64,000 nucleotides of DNA from Vicugna vicugna (taxonomy: Eukaryota), in the NCBI GenBank assembly GCA_013265495.1, contig MU058718.1, positions 1,240,001-1,304,000 on the forward strand. The letters run 5' to 3'. Within the stretch, counting starts at the first letter, position 1, and every line of letters begins with the position of its first letter. The position numbers and the translations under genes are program-made. Of the stretch, positions 37,578-52,025 are shown piece by piece. Under the pieces are notes generated by a model. That model worked only from the letters and a program-made list of their open reading frames with translations. It did no database searches and was not told the origin of the DNA.

Positions 37578-40500
37578 CCTTATAGCCTTGGCAAACATTT
37601 CCTTTCCTCTGTATATCCTGACAGTGGGGTCCCATCCTCTCCTTGGTTAATGCCGTTTTCTCCCTACTTTCCCTCATTCCATGGTTCTCATGGGTCTGTG
37701 CTCAGAAGAAAGGGTAATCTCTTTTTTTTAGTCTCCCTACCTTTCTTTTGCTGCCTGCAGTGGTCAGGCTACACCTTATCTCTTCCATGTCCCTCAAAGT
37801 TGAGATCCTTCCTTTTTTTACTTGCTTAAAGGTGAAGATTTTTAACCATGCGAGATCTTGACGTTGACTTGTAGAACCTGACATACTCAAGGCAGTGTTT
37901 GGGGTCTGAGAGAGAGAGAGCTGGTGAAAGACAGAACAGGAGAATCTGGATATTTGACAGTCTCTAAAGGACATCAAAACACCCAGTGGAACATGGAAAA
38001 GAGGGGCTTGTTTGTGTAGGACAAGCCAATTGTTTCCTCCCACGTGAGTGGCTGGGTTTATCTTTCTGTAGCCACCATCCTTTTTTCCCCTGCAGACTAA
38101 CTAGAACTCATTCTTTTTGTGATCTCTGTTTGGATTTCTTAAAAAATTTCTTCCAATGAACCCTTATTTTGCTGCATAATATCAAAATATTTTCTTCAGA
38201 GATGATTTCCTTTAAAAATAAACTTATCAGGAGAGAAGCTATGTTCACAGCTGGTAAAGGCATGATTAAATAATCACTGTATGGGGAATTGAAAAGCAAT
38301 TTCATAATATAGCTGTAGAATCCAAAGAGAAAATCGAAGGAAACATTCCAGTTAGTTAAGAAAACTTTTCATCAAATAAAGTGTTTGAACTTTATTTGGT
38401 TTTTGTATTTTTTTTTTGGCAACTTTCTGTATGTGCATGTTTTACTTGGTGAGAGTTTATACAAAGGTTATCTGAATACAGTTAGGAGCTTCCTGAGAGT
38501 TTGGTTAACCTTCTAATTACATATAAAATCACTTTGCAAATAGTTACACTAAATATTTTGGACATTAATTTGACGTGGGTCCTTATCTTTACTGCCAGTC
38601 TCTAGCTCTGTTTTTTGTTTTTCATTTTATTTAAAAAGTTATCAAAGAGGAAATAAGAATGGTTTAAGAGAAATTCCTGTATTCTTTATGCTCACAGAGT
38701 GACATAGACTCTTTTACCCCTGAGTAGTGAAGTTATGGAGAAGGAGAACCTACTTCTGAATAGAAGAGGCTGGGGTTCTGGCATTGACCAGCATGTAATT
38801 CTCAGAAATCACCTCACCTCGCTGGGTGTTAGTTTAATTCATCGGTAGACTGGGCGGAATGTTACCACCTTTCAGGTTTCTGCTAAGGACTAGAATTTAC
38901 CAGTGCAAAACCCTCATCACAGTGTATGGCAGGTCCTAGATGCTCAGGACTCAATAGATATGATTATGACCATAGTTGTGTTGGCAATTCAGAGGACACC
39001 AGCTTATTACATACAAGTTTTCACTTGGTAACTGATAAAATGTCAGAGGTACCAAGGAGAAATTTGTAAAATGCTTATGAGAATTTCAAAGGCCTGTACA
39101 AAATGTACAGATTGTAATCTGAAATACAACTTTATGCCTACAATTATGGGGCTGATATATGTTGATTTTTAGATGAGAATCCTTTGTTTGGTTTTTGTTT
39201 TTTTTGCATCATTTGGTGTGAAAATCCTGTACTAATACCAGACAGTATAACAATTTATATACCTGTAATTGTGAGACAATGTAAATTCCACTAGAAAATT
39301 GTATTTGAATGACTATAAGTTTTATTCTATTATCAGCCCAAGGTTTCTAAATAATAAATTTATTTGTGAATCTTAACATTATTTAAATACATTCCAAATA
39401 ATCTAAATGTATCTTTTGAACGTTTTGAACTTTGCAAGTGGACTTAATGACAGTTGAGGGAGTCTGTTTCTTCAAGTTATATTAAATCCTGAAAAAAATA
39501 AAATAACTTGAAAAAAATTTTTCAAATCTTGTGAAATAACCTAATTGTTCACATGTAGCTCAGAATATTTTAATGTATATGTATACACTAACATAATCAA
39601 AATCATATATTCTAAAAAAATCTCTTGAGCTATTATAACAGAATTGACATGCTTTGCAATTGTATTTGAGTAGCACACACAGTAAGCCACTTAATCAGTT
39701 TACATAAGTATTTGAAATGCCTTTCCAAAGCGTATTTACCTATATTTTATTTCCCATCAACAAATTTTTATTTGAGTACTTATATGTCATTTTTGTATTT
39801 ATCTTGATATATTTAACATTTTGTAAAGATTTCCATTAGTATTAATCCAATAGGTTAATTCCAGAAACTGGTATTTTAATTAAACTAGTTTTTCACCTTT
39901 TATAGGAGTGCTTTATCATATCTATTTGTAAGGCTTGGGTAAGAGGCACTGCAATGATAACCTTGCTTATCCACACACAACCTTATATGCACATAGGATT
40001 TTCAAAGATGAGTTCAATTATCCAGCAAAGGACATTCTCTCATTCTGAAAAATGGAAAGAAAATCAGTGACATGCAGATAAAGAGACTCAACCTAGTCTT
40101 AAAGCTGATTGCTTTGTATTTTTGTCTTATGAACTTTGAATTGAACTTCTGCACAGGATCTGGTGTGGATGAAATGTCATATCTGAGACTGATCCTTATC
40201 TCCTAAACGTTTCCTTTGTTTCTTTGATTCTTTGGGCTTTACCCTCTTATTTTATTGTGAGTGGCCCAGAGCTTTGATCTTGCAATAAGCTCTGGCTCGC
40301 AACACAAACCTTTGCTTTGGTATGACACACAGAAGGACATGGGTATACTCAGAAAATCTAAATAGACAAGAGGTTACTTCTTCTGTGGTTAGGGCTGAAG
40401 GTAAAAGGGGTAACTTCAGAATTTATTGTCTCCCATTACATTATGGGAAACTGAAAATTCACACGGGTATTTTAACATTAAGAAAGCACACCTGTGAGAA

Positions 40501-43500
40501 CAAGTTTGATGTACAGTGTATATCTGTTTCTCATTTCATTTACAATAGTTTCTTGGGTTTTAAGAATTAAAAATTTCTCCCTTGTATTTCTGCAGACATA
40601 GAAATTTAAAGCCATCTTTCAGATTCCAAATTCCTTTCTGGTTAAAAAAATTACATTAAAACAGTTTTGAAGCTGTATAGTAAGTTCAAAAATGTTTAAA
40701 AAAAAAAGTAAAATTGATATACTGCATGCAAAATGTATCTTACATAGCTTTTTTTACCTAAATAATCAGAAATGTTAAGTGTATAATAAAATTAGAAGTT
40801 AAGTATTTTGTTTGGCAATAATATTTCATATTTCCTGACCATCTAAAATTTTTCTTACTTTCAGGAAAAAAAGGAGCATAAACTTTTCTGAATGTAGTTC
40901 CTTGTAGCCACAGTTTGCGAGAATGTCCTCAAATAATCATGTATCAGAGGTGTATCGATAGACTAAGAGACACCCTATAGATGTTAGCTATATATGTAGA
41001 ATGTACCTCTGAAATTAGGGGTGGCCGAATTAGAGCACTTCAACACTCAGATAATGCTAAGGATTCTTGAACAGAACTTCAAAGGGTTTCCTTGTTCATG
41101 AAGATCTACTTATAAGTTAATTATAAACATGGTGGTTTTTAAGGCAATTTTCCTATTTTTTTGTCTTTGTTTAAGCGGAAAATTTTAAGCAGTAAGCCAG
41201 ACCCAGCCATATAGCTATATTAATGGCAAGTTTATCATTTTGAAATGGACACTGACTCTTTTATGTCCCTGAAAATAAAAGCAGCTTAGAAATTGATCTC
41301 ACATGCTTACTGAATGAGGAACTAGGGCGGAGGACTTTTATTTGCCAATATCAGACATATCCCTAATAGACATTTCTACTAGCAACTTTTATTAAATTTG
41401 AGAAATTTTAGCTGAAAGAGCCAATTGAGAAATATATTGGTAGACAACTTAACAATAGGTTGCAGTGAGGAGACAGTTTTATCATGACTATGATGTCAGT
41501 CTTTCATTCCAAGTAAGAGACTTTGGTTATGTTGTGCTTTATATATTTCTATGCATACTTAGATTTTTTAAACTGAGACTTGCCCACTAGCTACTCAACA
41601 AGCACTGAACTTTGTCCAGTGGGTTTATAACCTGAATTCAAGTTGTAGGTAATGTTTGTAATTCTAAAAATGCCGACATTTGTCATTGTGAATTATGTTT
41701 CCTTTAGGAAATTCCTTTACTAAAGAGAGGCAGTCACTTTTGACACTAATCAGATGCCTCTGTGCTGACCCTCTTGCTGAATGAGGCCAAGCTTTCTAGG
41801 TTATTAGTATTTAGAAAGAAATAACCATTCAGTGTAGCATTTCAGTAAATAATGACCTACAAGACTTACTAGGCATATTCCACAAGTTTTCCCACCCACA
41901 GCAATGATTAACTTAGAAAATATTATAGAGCTTTTCTTGTGTCAGCTAAGCAGGGTTTTGTAGTTCTTCATTCACATTTTTCACTTAATTTGATGTCTTT
42001 GAATTCCTTGCCTTGTAAATTCTTATATAAAGATTAGAAACTGCTTTTGGCTATGCGGGATTACATGCTTTTAGATGAAATTCAAACCATTGTAAAAGGT
42101 TTTGTTCACAGCAATACTATTTATTCCTTGTTGAATTTGGATGACACAGAGAAGAACATTAGTTAACTGGGAACAGAAATTGTGTTACCCAATTTAAAAA
42201 AGCTGTAGCAATAATTTTGGGAAAGACTAGAAAAATTAAACACTGGTGAGTTTATTTAAGCCTTTTAAGGAAAAAAGGAAATACCTGAAGATAATTAACA
42301 GTGCAGGGCCAACTTTTCCTCTGGAATGTCTTTGACTTGCCTGCCTTTTATATAGGTTATATCATTATGAAGATTGAGGATTGAAAAAGAATTTTTGGTA
42401 TTTAAGGAAGCGATGGGTTTTTGTGATTCTTAGTACTCATCTTTGGGTAAAACAGCTTAAAAAAATCATTAGGAGTGAAGAAGTAAAAACATTTGATCTC
42501 AGGAGCTATTGGAATTGGTTTTCTTTTTGCCTATTTTTTCAAATATAATAGGTTAAAAACTTGGAGAAACTCCGAAAAGTAATTACTGTCTCCTAAGTAA
42601 TAACTCTGTCCAATTTACAAACCAGAGAGAAGGCTCCCCTCTGAGATTTGAGATGAGACTCTTGATCTCTGGCTGCAGAATTCCAAAGAAATTCCATGTT
42701 TCTACATGGAATGTGGGGGCGGGAGTGGGGCTGGGAGTAGAAGAGGTGTCCATGCATAGAGAAAAATACTGAACAAATACTTTATTTGTTCATATGACAT
42801 AATTAAATTTTGTGTTCCCTGTGGAACATCTTTAGATATTCTCTGCAAAATTTGTAGAAGGATCCTTTGAACTTAAATGTAACAAACTCTTGGGGTCTTT
42901 GGATTATACATTTATATGTCCTTATACCTTTTTCAACTAACAGAAAAGGCAAAACACCCTCCTTTATTGTTCTCCGTGTCCTTCTCTGCCTTTCACATCT
43001 TATTTTCTTCCCAGATGCATTTAGCAGATTTTTGTTTTGGTTCGTGTAAATGAGCTTCATCTCAAAGTCACCATGTCCCTCCCACTTCTGAATCCACTCT
43101 TAATGGATAACCCTTACTTCCTTGTTTCCCAGTCTTCCCCCTTGAAACATTTGGTGCTCCGCTGTGTTTAACATTAGCGTTGGATGGTTCTCAGGATTCA
43201 TTCAAAGATGGGAAATGAGTTTTTTTTTTAATTGACTTGGCTGGAAGGTGCTCGTATAGAAAGGATGCTGGGAAAAGAAAATGAGCAGACATTCTAGGGA
43301 AGTGAGGTAACTGCACTGGGCAGAGGGTGGGTCCGGAAGGTCCCAGGCGGGTGGGCTTCAGCGTTAAGCAACATGAATCTCCCAGTTCCTGGCTCAGTGC
43401 CTTATGGCTAGAAAGGGCATCGTCCATATGTAACCCTCTCCCTGCAGGGGCTGCTCATCCCCAGTATTATCGACTAATTGACCATTAATTCCTGGAAGAT

Positions 43501-46450
43501 TTTTTTTTTTTGAAACAGTTTTTTTTTAAGACCAAAAAAACAGTGCTATCATCAAGCTGAGACCCAGACCTCTCTGACAAATCCTGTTGAAGATGAAACA
43601 GAATGCTCGACTGAAGAATGTAGATGCCGTTTCATGTGTACCCCACTGATAATATTTTGGGGGGAAACCAACACAGGGCAAGCTAACATCACCAGAAAGA
43701 ACACGGAATGGAAGGCTCGGAGAAGGCCGGCATTGTGACTGTCCCGTCCACCACTGCGTCCCAAGGGTAGTGGGTGTTTGCTGAATGGTTGGTTGAGTGA
43801 ATTACCCTGCGGGCTGCAGTTGCCAAGTCTTTGGCCTATTTCTTTTTGATGTCTTGTATTAGGCCTGAAATTCGCTTTGAAATCACAGGAAGAAAGACTC
43901 TCTATAAACTCAATGGCCATTGTTTCTGCTAACATTATTATGTCACACCCAACCCCCAGTCCCTCTCAGACAACAATTGAACCTAAGCAATATCTGTCAC
44001 ATGACCCCTGAGGTCACGTTAGTTCACCTCCCTGCCTCCAGCCTGGCATTATGTAAACCACTGAAATAAAGGCAAGGAAGTCTAATATTTCTCTGGATGT
44101 ACGTACTTAATAAAAACACAATCTGAGGTGAGAGGGTGGAGAGAGGACATTGTTTGAGTTCCTCTAAAGAAGTTAAGTGACTCTCTGACACAAACCCAGT
44201 CTCCTGCAAAGTCCTTTCTTTTTTTTTTTTTTTTTTGGATGAAGTTAACAGAGAAGGATTCTGGTCTTCCCGATGTTTGTGGGAGGAAGGGCCTGTCCTC
44301 ACTTGCACAAGGTAATTTCTGTCTCATGGCAAATGCTGAAGCTCAGACACAGCAAAGATTCTAGGTGAGTTTACTCTGATGTTTTGGTAATGGTAGCGGC
44401 ATTACCAGAGACCATAAATTTCCAGCTTCATGAAAGTATTGTATGATTAGTGAAATCCGAGTGCTTGTATTTCAGAATTTACAGTGAGAAAAGGAAGTGC
44501 CCTGACATGTCCCCAAATACTGGTGAGGAGGATACGCTCTCAGGATAATGTGCCACTAGGTCTTGATGTTTTTCATCTACCTGTACAGAAAATACTTAGC
44601 GTCTGTTATGGGTTGGGCCAGGTGCAGTTGGATGTGATTCCTGCTTTCCTGGTGTCCCTGTGTTTAACATTGAAATAATTATGTGAGAACTCTCAAATTC
44701 TGAAATACTATATTCAGAAGCTGAATAAATAGTGAATGAATAATAATGAGGAGGAAAAGGAAAAAAAGGAAGAAAATTGAAGAATATAAAACATAAACCA
44801 AAATCCAAAATGAAATCCGGGGACTGTCTTAATCAGTAGCAGAAGGTCAAGCCCCCGTCCAGGAATCCCCGTGCTACCTTTACACACCCGGTCCCACACC
44901 AGTCATGGGCGCTGCAGAGGAGGCGAGAGCAGGAGAGCCCAGGCTTGGGTCAGGCTGCAGCTGTTTGCTACTCGAGGAATTCCCTCCCAACGCAAGCACC
45001 TGCTGAGTTAACTGGGAATTGTGGCGGCCACACAGAAAGCACAGAAGGGGACCCCATTCATCTTGCAAGGGCAAGTTCAGGCCACATGTTCAGTACACCT
45101 GCCCATGATAAGATCCCTCCCCTGGTGATGCTGAGCCGAGCTACCTTGGGCTCGCAGTGCCAGTGCTGAGGGAGCGTCTGCCTTCCTCCCTTTCCTGGGT
45201 CTGTGCCCAGTGGAAGGGAGAAAAGAGGCCGCACGTGATGACAGAATGTCCTCTCCTGCCTGTGCCCCCGTTCTTCCTGATGCATCTGCGAGCACTGCTC
45301 CAGACACAGCAAGCCAGGAAAAAAGTATGTTGCGTAAATTAGTAAAAATATTTTCCAAGAAGTAAGCCCAGTGCCTCACAGGGCAGGTGGCAAACACGAA
45401 GAGCAGAGTGGCCAGAGTGATGTGTGGTGCTCAGGCAGGGCCAAGCAGGCACTGGGCCCCACGCCACGGGCAGCAGCGGCCTCGTTCCCGTGGAGTGTTG
45501 CCGTGAGGGGGACGTCGGTCCAGTATTGCTCAATCTTCCTGATTTTTCAAGAAGAGCCAGAAATCTAAATCTTGCGTGTGGAATCTCATTAAACAAACAA
45601 ACAAAAAAATCTCATTTCAAAAATGTCGCTATCACTATTTTTAAAACACTGTGAGGACCAAACAAACATATCTGTGGGCCAGATGCAGCCCAAGTCTGCT
45701 AGTTTATAGCTCTAGTGTAGATGAAAAGAGAGAGGACCCTATTGGGGGAAACAACTCAATGAGAAAGACAACTTTGGAAAAATCCACATTCATTAACTCT
45801 TTTGGTTAATGTCACCTAGAGAATATGCTAGAGGCTGGGAGTTCTAGACAGACTTGCTAGGTGCTTTCTAATGCTCTCATGACTGGGGACTCTCTGTGGC
45901 TTTCTGCTGCCTTCTCTGAGCAGATACCTGGAGTCCTTTCATTAGCTCCAGGATGCCAAAAATCTCAGGTTTGCTGCTTGTACTTTATTCATCCAAACTA
46001 ATGAATGAACTCAGATTACTTTTGTGTGAATCTTTCTATCTGGTGATCAGTGGAGGTACCCACTAGGCCATGCTCTGAGAATGATCACAATAAACAACAG
46101 TACCTGACCCAAATATATTTAATTATAAGTTGTGGGGAGGGTGGAGAACTGAGGCCTGATGTATCACTCTGGGAATAAGAGAAAATGGACTTTTTACCCC
46201 AGTCAGTACAAAGCAAGTTTCCAGGGTGTGACCTGCAGAGAACATCTGTGACCTTCTTTATTTCAGAAGTTCCAAGAGGAGGCCCTGGAACTGGCTGCCA
46301 CCACCAGTTGAGCTGGTCAGCAGGAAGCTTGGCCTGCCAGAAAAACAGGGAGGGAATGAGAGAGGCTCTTTTCCAAGTTATCCAGCTGCCTCAGAGCCTA
46401 GCACTGATTGGCCAAAGGGAACTGACTTTAATGAGTTTATTTTTACTAGT

Positions 46451-46830
46451 CTGTATTAGATGTGGTAGGCTACCTGATGCTGTAACAAATAAACCCCCAA
46501 ACCCCAGTGGCTTAACACAATAAATGTTTATTTTTGCATAGGCAAAGTCCATTGGTTGCTCAGAAGGTGGCTTCCGTGGGACTATCCTCCAAGCATAGAT
46601 TCTGGGATCCAGCTCCTGCCCTTCAGAGCCTCTGCTTTCCCCAGGGTTGCCTTGAAGTCCTCTGCTGGGATAAGCAAAGAGAGAGAATTGATGGGTCTGT
46701 TTTAGAGCCAGGCCTTAGAGTGGCTATCTTTGCTTCCATCATAATTTGTTGTCCAGAACTTAGTCACTTGGGAAGCTGTATGCCCTCCTGTTTTCCCTGG
46801 AGGAGGACACACTATGTGTGAACATAGAGT
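46451..46830 (-). mobile_element. Old MLT1 (MLT1I/J/K-like) LTR
   Basis: tgtattag...gctgtaacaaataaacccccaaaccccagtggcttaacacaataaatgtttattt...ttgtccagaacttagtcac. Confidence 0.75.
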
Positions 46831-49800
46831 CATCCTGACACCCAGCCTATTGACCGTCTGAGCAGAGGAGGAGGAAGAATGCCAACAAGTTCCCCTCTTA
46901 TACCCTCTCTTTCTCTTCTCTTTCTTTCCCTCCCTTCCCTCTTATCTTTTTTACCCTCTCTCATGGGAATTACGACTGGCCAACCACAATAGCAGTGAAA
47001 CCCACGTGATATCAGGAGGGTAGCCTGGCTTTCCATGAGGCTGGACTTCAGAAATCAAGGAAGACACATGAAGGTCTTATTCAGATTGGAGCACAAGAGC
47101 TAATTTGTCTCTAATTATCCTGTTGCTAATTGATAGAGTTGTTTTCAAAGAACTCTTCTTCCTTCTCCTCCTTAGTAATTCTAAACTCGTAAGACCACAG
47201 ACTGATAGAAGGTGTGTGTAGACCATTCCAATTAAATACGTATACACATAGGTTCCTTTAATCTCTTCCATTTCCAGAACTAAGACAAATTGTTTAATTC
47301 ATTGATTCTTTGCACTTTCAAAGTGGCTTCCATCAGAGGGTCTAATGATGGTTCACAAATATTTAAGTCTTTAACATTCATCCAAATGAATTTTTGAGGT
47401 AGCTGAGCCAAACATTGAACCTCTTTTGTTTATCAGGAAGACACTGAGTCACAGAACAGCTAGAGATTTGTCCATGATCACTCTCACAAGTAATCATTAT
47501 TGCCAGAAGTTCCTAAGACTCGTAATTATCTGATTCCCCAAGTCAGAATTTTCATTGAAATTCTTTACATAACTTCTATAAAAATTAAAGTATATTTATA
47601 TTTCATGTATCTTAAATATGCATTTTTGAATCACTGCCACTAAAATTACAGGTTCTTTGTCCTAATTCAGAAATGATTGGAATGTGTATTTTAAAAGTTC
47701 ACCCAATCAAAGACAAGATTTTTGAAAGCTGCAAGGTCATGTTAGATGTCCAAGCAAGTGGTTCCTCTTGATTTGTGAACTTGGCTTCATAATGAGCCAT
47801 GTTCCTATGAAACAAGCCTAAATAACGCATCTGACTGTCCAGTGTACAGTAAGACATGGTGTTCTTAGTGCAAACAGCTTATGTGGGGAGGCAGTGATAT
47901 TCTTAACCAAGTTAAGTGAAAAATGACGATTTGATGCACTGTATATAGAATTGTTAAATAAAAAAGACAGGCTTTCGAGTGGCTTAAAGTGACATTTTGA
48001 GGGAGGGTTTATTGACCAGATGCAGTGAATCTGAGGTCAGTTAATTTTGCTTTGAAGTTTGTTCTTGATCCAGATCTTCAATAAGAAGGTAGTTTCCAAA
48101 TCACTGGTCTGTGAACACTGCTTGTAATTAATTACCCTTTTATAATCTTAGGAATTCTGTCCTTTGCTATATTTTGAATAACTCAGACTCCATGGGGAGT
48201 TGTATTTTGGCTGGTATATTTGGAACTGCTAATAAACACCTACTTCCTGTTTTTCTTACTACTGTGTATAGCAAATTGTAAAATTACTTCAGTTGCCATC
48301 TCTGTTTCTTGTGTATTTAACCAGCCCTGATTTATGTTGTGAAATAATCTGCGTTAAAGAGTCTGTGCCAACACATTTCTCATAGCTTCAAAATGTAAGA
48401 TACTGTATCTTACTATTGCAGTATAAACTTGAAGGATGACAGGAGAAAGTATTCCATTTCATCAGCACAGAAAAATTGGAATTTTAGTATCTTGAGCCCC
48501 ACATAACTCTTGGAAAGAAGTTAGTTTATTTGTACTTTTTCTTTTTGTACATATATTTTTGAGGTTAATAGTGTTATTCTTTTAGGAAGACGTGATGGGG
48601 TAGAAAACATTTTTCTGTTTTCTTTTGAGGTGTAATTTTTCTTGCTAGGCTAAGCAGTGTATTCAATCAATAGTAAGTGTTATTACTATTATTAACTATT
48701 TCAGGTTTTTAATTTGCAAACTGTTCTGGTTGCTTTTGTTGCTCATGTTTGCCTGGCTAGCACTGAGACCTCCAGGTTCTGTTGTGTAGGCTGCAGGTTC
48801 GTGTTGAAGTCTAGGAAGTTGCTGATTTCGGATAGATTGTCTTCTCATGGAAAACTAGGTGCCTGGGGAGAACTGGCCTTGGGTCTAGCACTGGCCCCAA
48901 AAAGAGGTGACTCTTTTTGCTTTGCAAGTCCAGATTGTTATTGAGTGAATGATCAACAGATACTCATTCTCCTTTGCTGATAGAAAAGTATAGAGAGTTA
49001 ATGAGTTACTGGTGCCCTGGAATCTCTACCCTTTTCCTACTCTCCCACCAGAGCTCCACCCCATGTTCCTGGTGACCCAAGTGGAAATGGAAATGTTGAC
49101 AATAATGTGAGAGATCACTCAGGAACAGTTTGCCAATTTGGCACTGCATAGGCCATGGGGCAGTACTACCCTTAGACCTGGGCAACTGGACCCTTGTTCC
49201 AGAACCCCTGATTGAGAGGATGCTGCTCAGACCCTTCTCTGCTTTGCTCCCAACCAGTGGGGCAAGATGTTTTGGCAGGTTAAGAATATCCACCCAGAGC
49301 TTATGCCCTGCTCCTCAACAATCTGTGTTCCCATGACTAGAGAGTTCTGGCCCAAATGACCCTAGTACCTCTCACTGGACCACTGAAGGCCTTGTTCCTC
49401 ACCATTTTCCTGAGGGGTGGCTCGTGTACATGTGTGTGCTGGGAGGACAGAATGTGGATATGAGGGATGGGGTGTCCATGCATACCATGCCCAGGCCCTC
49501 ACAGTGTAGGGTGGAGCTGGTGATCGGAACAGAGGGAGCAGGCCAGTAAATGAGGCGTCCATTTATTTTCTCTTCCTGGCCAGGAGATGTTAGGGGCAGG
49601 CCTGCTGTGCAGGGCCAATGGGGAGGTAGAGCTTCAAAGTCTACATGGTGATCCCCAAGCTTCTCTCCTTCCTTCTTCCACCTTCTTTTAAGCTCTTACC
49701 AGCATTTTCACATTACCCCTCACTTCTTTGCATTTGACTTCTAAACCATCTTTCTAACCTCTCTTCACCAAACCCCAGGCTCCCACCTTCAGTTGCTTTC

Positions 49801-50369
49801 TTGTTTTCTCTCCCTAGAGGTCCCATCAGCACCTTGAATGCAACAGCTTTAAAACTAGAATCAAAATGAGAATCTCGCACAACCAGCTCCAATTTTTGAG
49901 ATCTTTGCTTTGTCTAATGGAGCCACCTTCCATGATTATTCAGGTAGCTGTGTTCAGAACCGGTTTTGACTTCTCGCTCTCTATTGCCCTCATTTAATTG
50001 ATTCAAAATTAACTAATTAACTCTAATGTGAGGTAGAATACCACCATGCAAAGTCTCTGGCTTGTTTCCCTTCTCCTCGCTGCAGCCTCCTGGAGGTTTC
50101 ATGGCCACTCACTGAGGACCTTCCCAACTCCTCACCTCCTCTTGCCTTTGTTCGAACCACCCTATATCACCTGGCCAGACTCATCTTCCCACAGGATGGA
50201 AGCATTCACATCAATCCTCTGCTCAAGAGCCTTAAAAAGTCTCATTTGTTGATAAAATTTAGTAAAAAGTCCTTAGCCAGTCCCAACAAGAGTTGGGAAT
50301 GGTATGATAAACACTGTGTACTTACTATTGACATTATCAAATCCCAATATTAAGCTGTATTTGTTTCAG

Positions 50370-51045
50370 ACTTTTTTAAAATTTAAGCAACACAACTTCA
50401 CAGATAGTGTAAAGGCTCCCACATACACCAATAACATTCTCCTCCCTCCCTCTTTCTCTCCCAGAGACAACTGTTATTGTGAATTCAGTGTTTATTACTA
50501 CCATACGTATGTTTACACTACATACTTACATATCCAAAAATACATTTTATTACTTTGCAGGTTTATAAACTTAATATTAAAGTTAAAATTTAGCAATTAT
50601 TTTGCCCTACATACTGTTTTGCAACCTTATCTATATTTATTTCATTAATGGCTAAAGTTTTCTGCTGTATAAATATTCTGCAATTTATTTATCCATTTCC
50701 CTTTGATGGGCATTTCTTTATATTGTCTCCAATTCTTTGCTCTTACAAACAGTAATTATGTGCCTTGTTGTATGTGCCTCCTCACACCTAAGTGTGAGAG
50801 TTTCTCTGGGGTTTTAACTAAAAATGGAATTTCAGGGTTACCAGCATGGCCATGTTCTCTTGCTAAATCAGTGCCCTGTAAGTTACACCCATTTACACTC
50901 CACTGGCAGGATGGCGAGTGGGAGGGGAGTCCCTGCTTCTCCACACTCACTCATACTTGTGATCATCAGACTTTTTAAATTTTGTGGATACAGTTGATGT
51001 AAAGTTGAATCTTGTTGCTTCAATTTGCATTTCTTTGATTTTCAG
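50370..51045 (-). mobile_element. Old L1 (L1ME-like) fragment
   Basis: atttatttatccatttccctttgatgggcattt...ttgtctccaattctttgctcttacaaacagt...atttacactccca...aatttgcatttctttgatt. Confidence 0.75.
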
Positions 51046-51392
51046 TAGAGAAGGCTTTGTTAGATAAGACACTTGAAGTGCAATCATGCAAAACCCATAA
51101 AAGCTCTGCACCTTTGACAGTCCCCAAATAAAGACTTCAGTGTAACAAAATATCCCATGGAACTAAAAGAAGAACATGAATGCAACACACGTTACTCATA
51201 TGATATCAGTATCTGAAATATGTGAAAGAACTCCTGTAAAGTTTAAAATAAGACAACCCAATAGAAAATGCACAAATGTTATACAGGCACTACTCAGCAG
51301 AAGAAACCTTACACATTCCTGGGACTCAGTAAATATTTGCTGGTTACTAAACAAATAGAATTAGTGGCTGAAGCAGATCTCTACAGATGTCA

Positions 51393-51733
51393 CTGTCTTC
51401 ATTGGGTTCCTGTGACTCAGACCCTGAGACGGAGGTTGGTGTGTGGGAAGTGGTCTCATGAGGGTATCAGGAAAACAGGATTGGACGGAGAGAGATACTG
51501 ATTTTGGAACTCTGGAGCAGGAAGGCCCTTCACAGGGATTCTGAACTGAGGCAAGGGGCTGGGCCTTTGTGTCCTTGCCTCCACTGGGGGGCAAGTCACC
51601 TTTGGTGGGGCAGATCCCTTTGGCAGAGCGGGCTGTCCAAGGAGAGCTCAGCTGTGAGCCATCGGTAGCCTATGCTCTTGGCAGCTGTGGGAGTGAGGTG
51701 GCAGCTGGGTGGGGCACACCACAGCCTCCACTT
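51393..51733 (-). mobile_element. LTR33-like ERVL solo LTR
   Basis: gggttcctgtgactcagaccctgagacggagg...ggaactctggagc...gaggcaaggggctgggcctttgt...ctcagctgtgagcc...ctgggtggggcacaccacagcctccact. Confidence 0.7.
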
Positions 51734-51784
51734 CACCTGCTGTTAGGACCCAGGAAATTAGTCCAACTATCTATCATATTTAGG

Positions 51785-52025
51785 AATCCTGGCATTGGAG
51801 TCAGAGTACCCTGGGGTTGAATCCCAGATCTACTAGTTACCCAGCTAGGTGGCCTTGGGCAAGTTAACTCGTCCCAGTCACGGTTTTCTTTGAGCAAGTA
51901 TTCGTTGAGTACCTGAGAGTGCCTACCTTGAGACTGCTGTGAGGGTTAAGTGAAGGAATACTCACAGAGAGTGTAAAACAGTTCCTAGCACACGTTTAAC
52001 GCTTGACAAACAGTGACTGTTATTT
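51785..52025 (+). mobile_element. MIR SINE
   Basis: tggagtcagag...ttgaatcccagatctactagttacccagctaggtggccttgggcaagtta...gctgtgagggttaagtga...acagttcctagcacac. Confidence 0.8.

Noticed and set aside
43552..43935. Longest ORF (127 aa, minus strand)
   Set aside because: No domain similarity or convincing splice context that I can see; this length can arise by chance in 64 kb.
40943..44735. Imperfect hairpins at ~40943-41012 and ~44706-44732 as miRNA precursors
   Set aside because: The stems are too short or unpaired internally, and I recognise no mature miRNA.
51580..51598. CTCF-like ccactggggggc in the LTR33-like element (similar weak matches at ~18248 and ~63668)
   Set aside because: Mismatches at core positions make these much weaker than the 5943 site.
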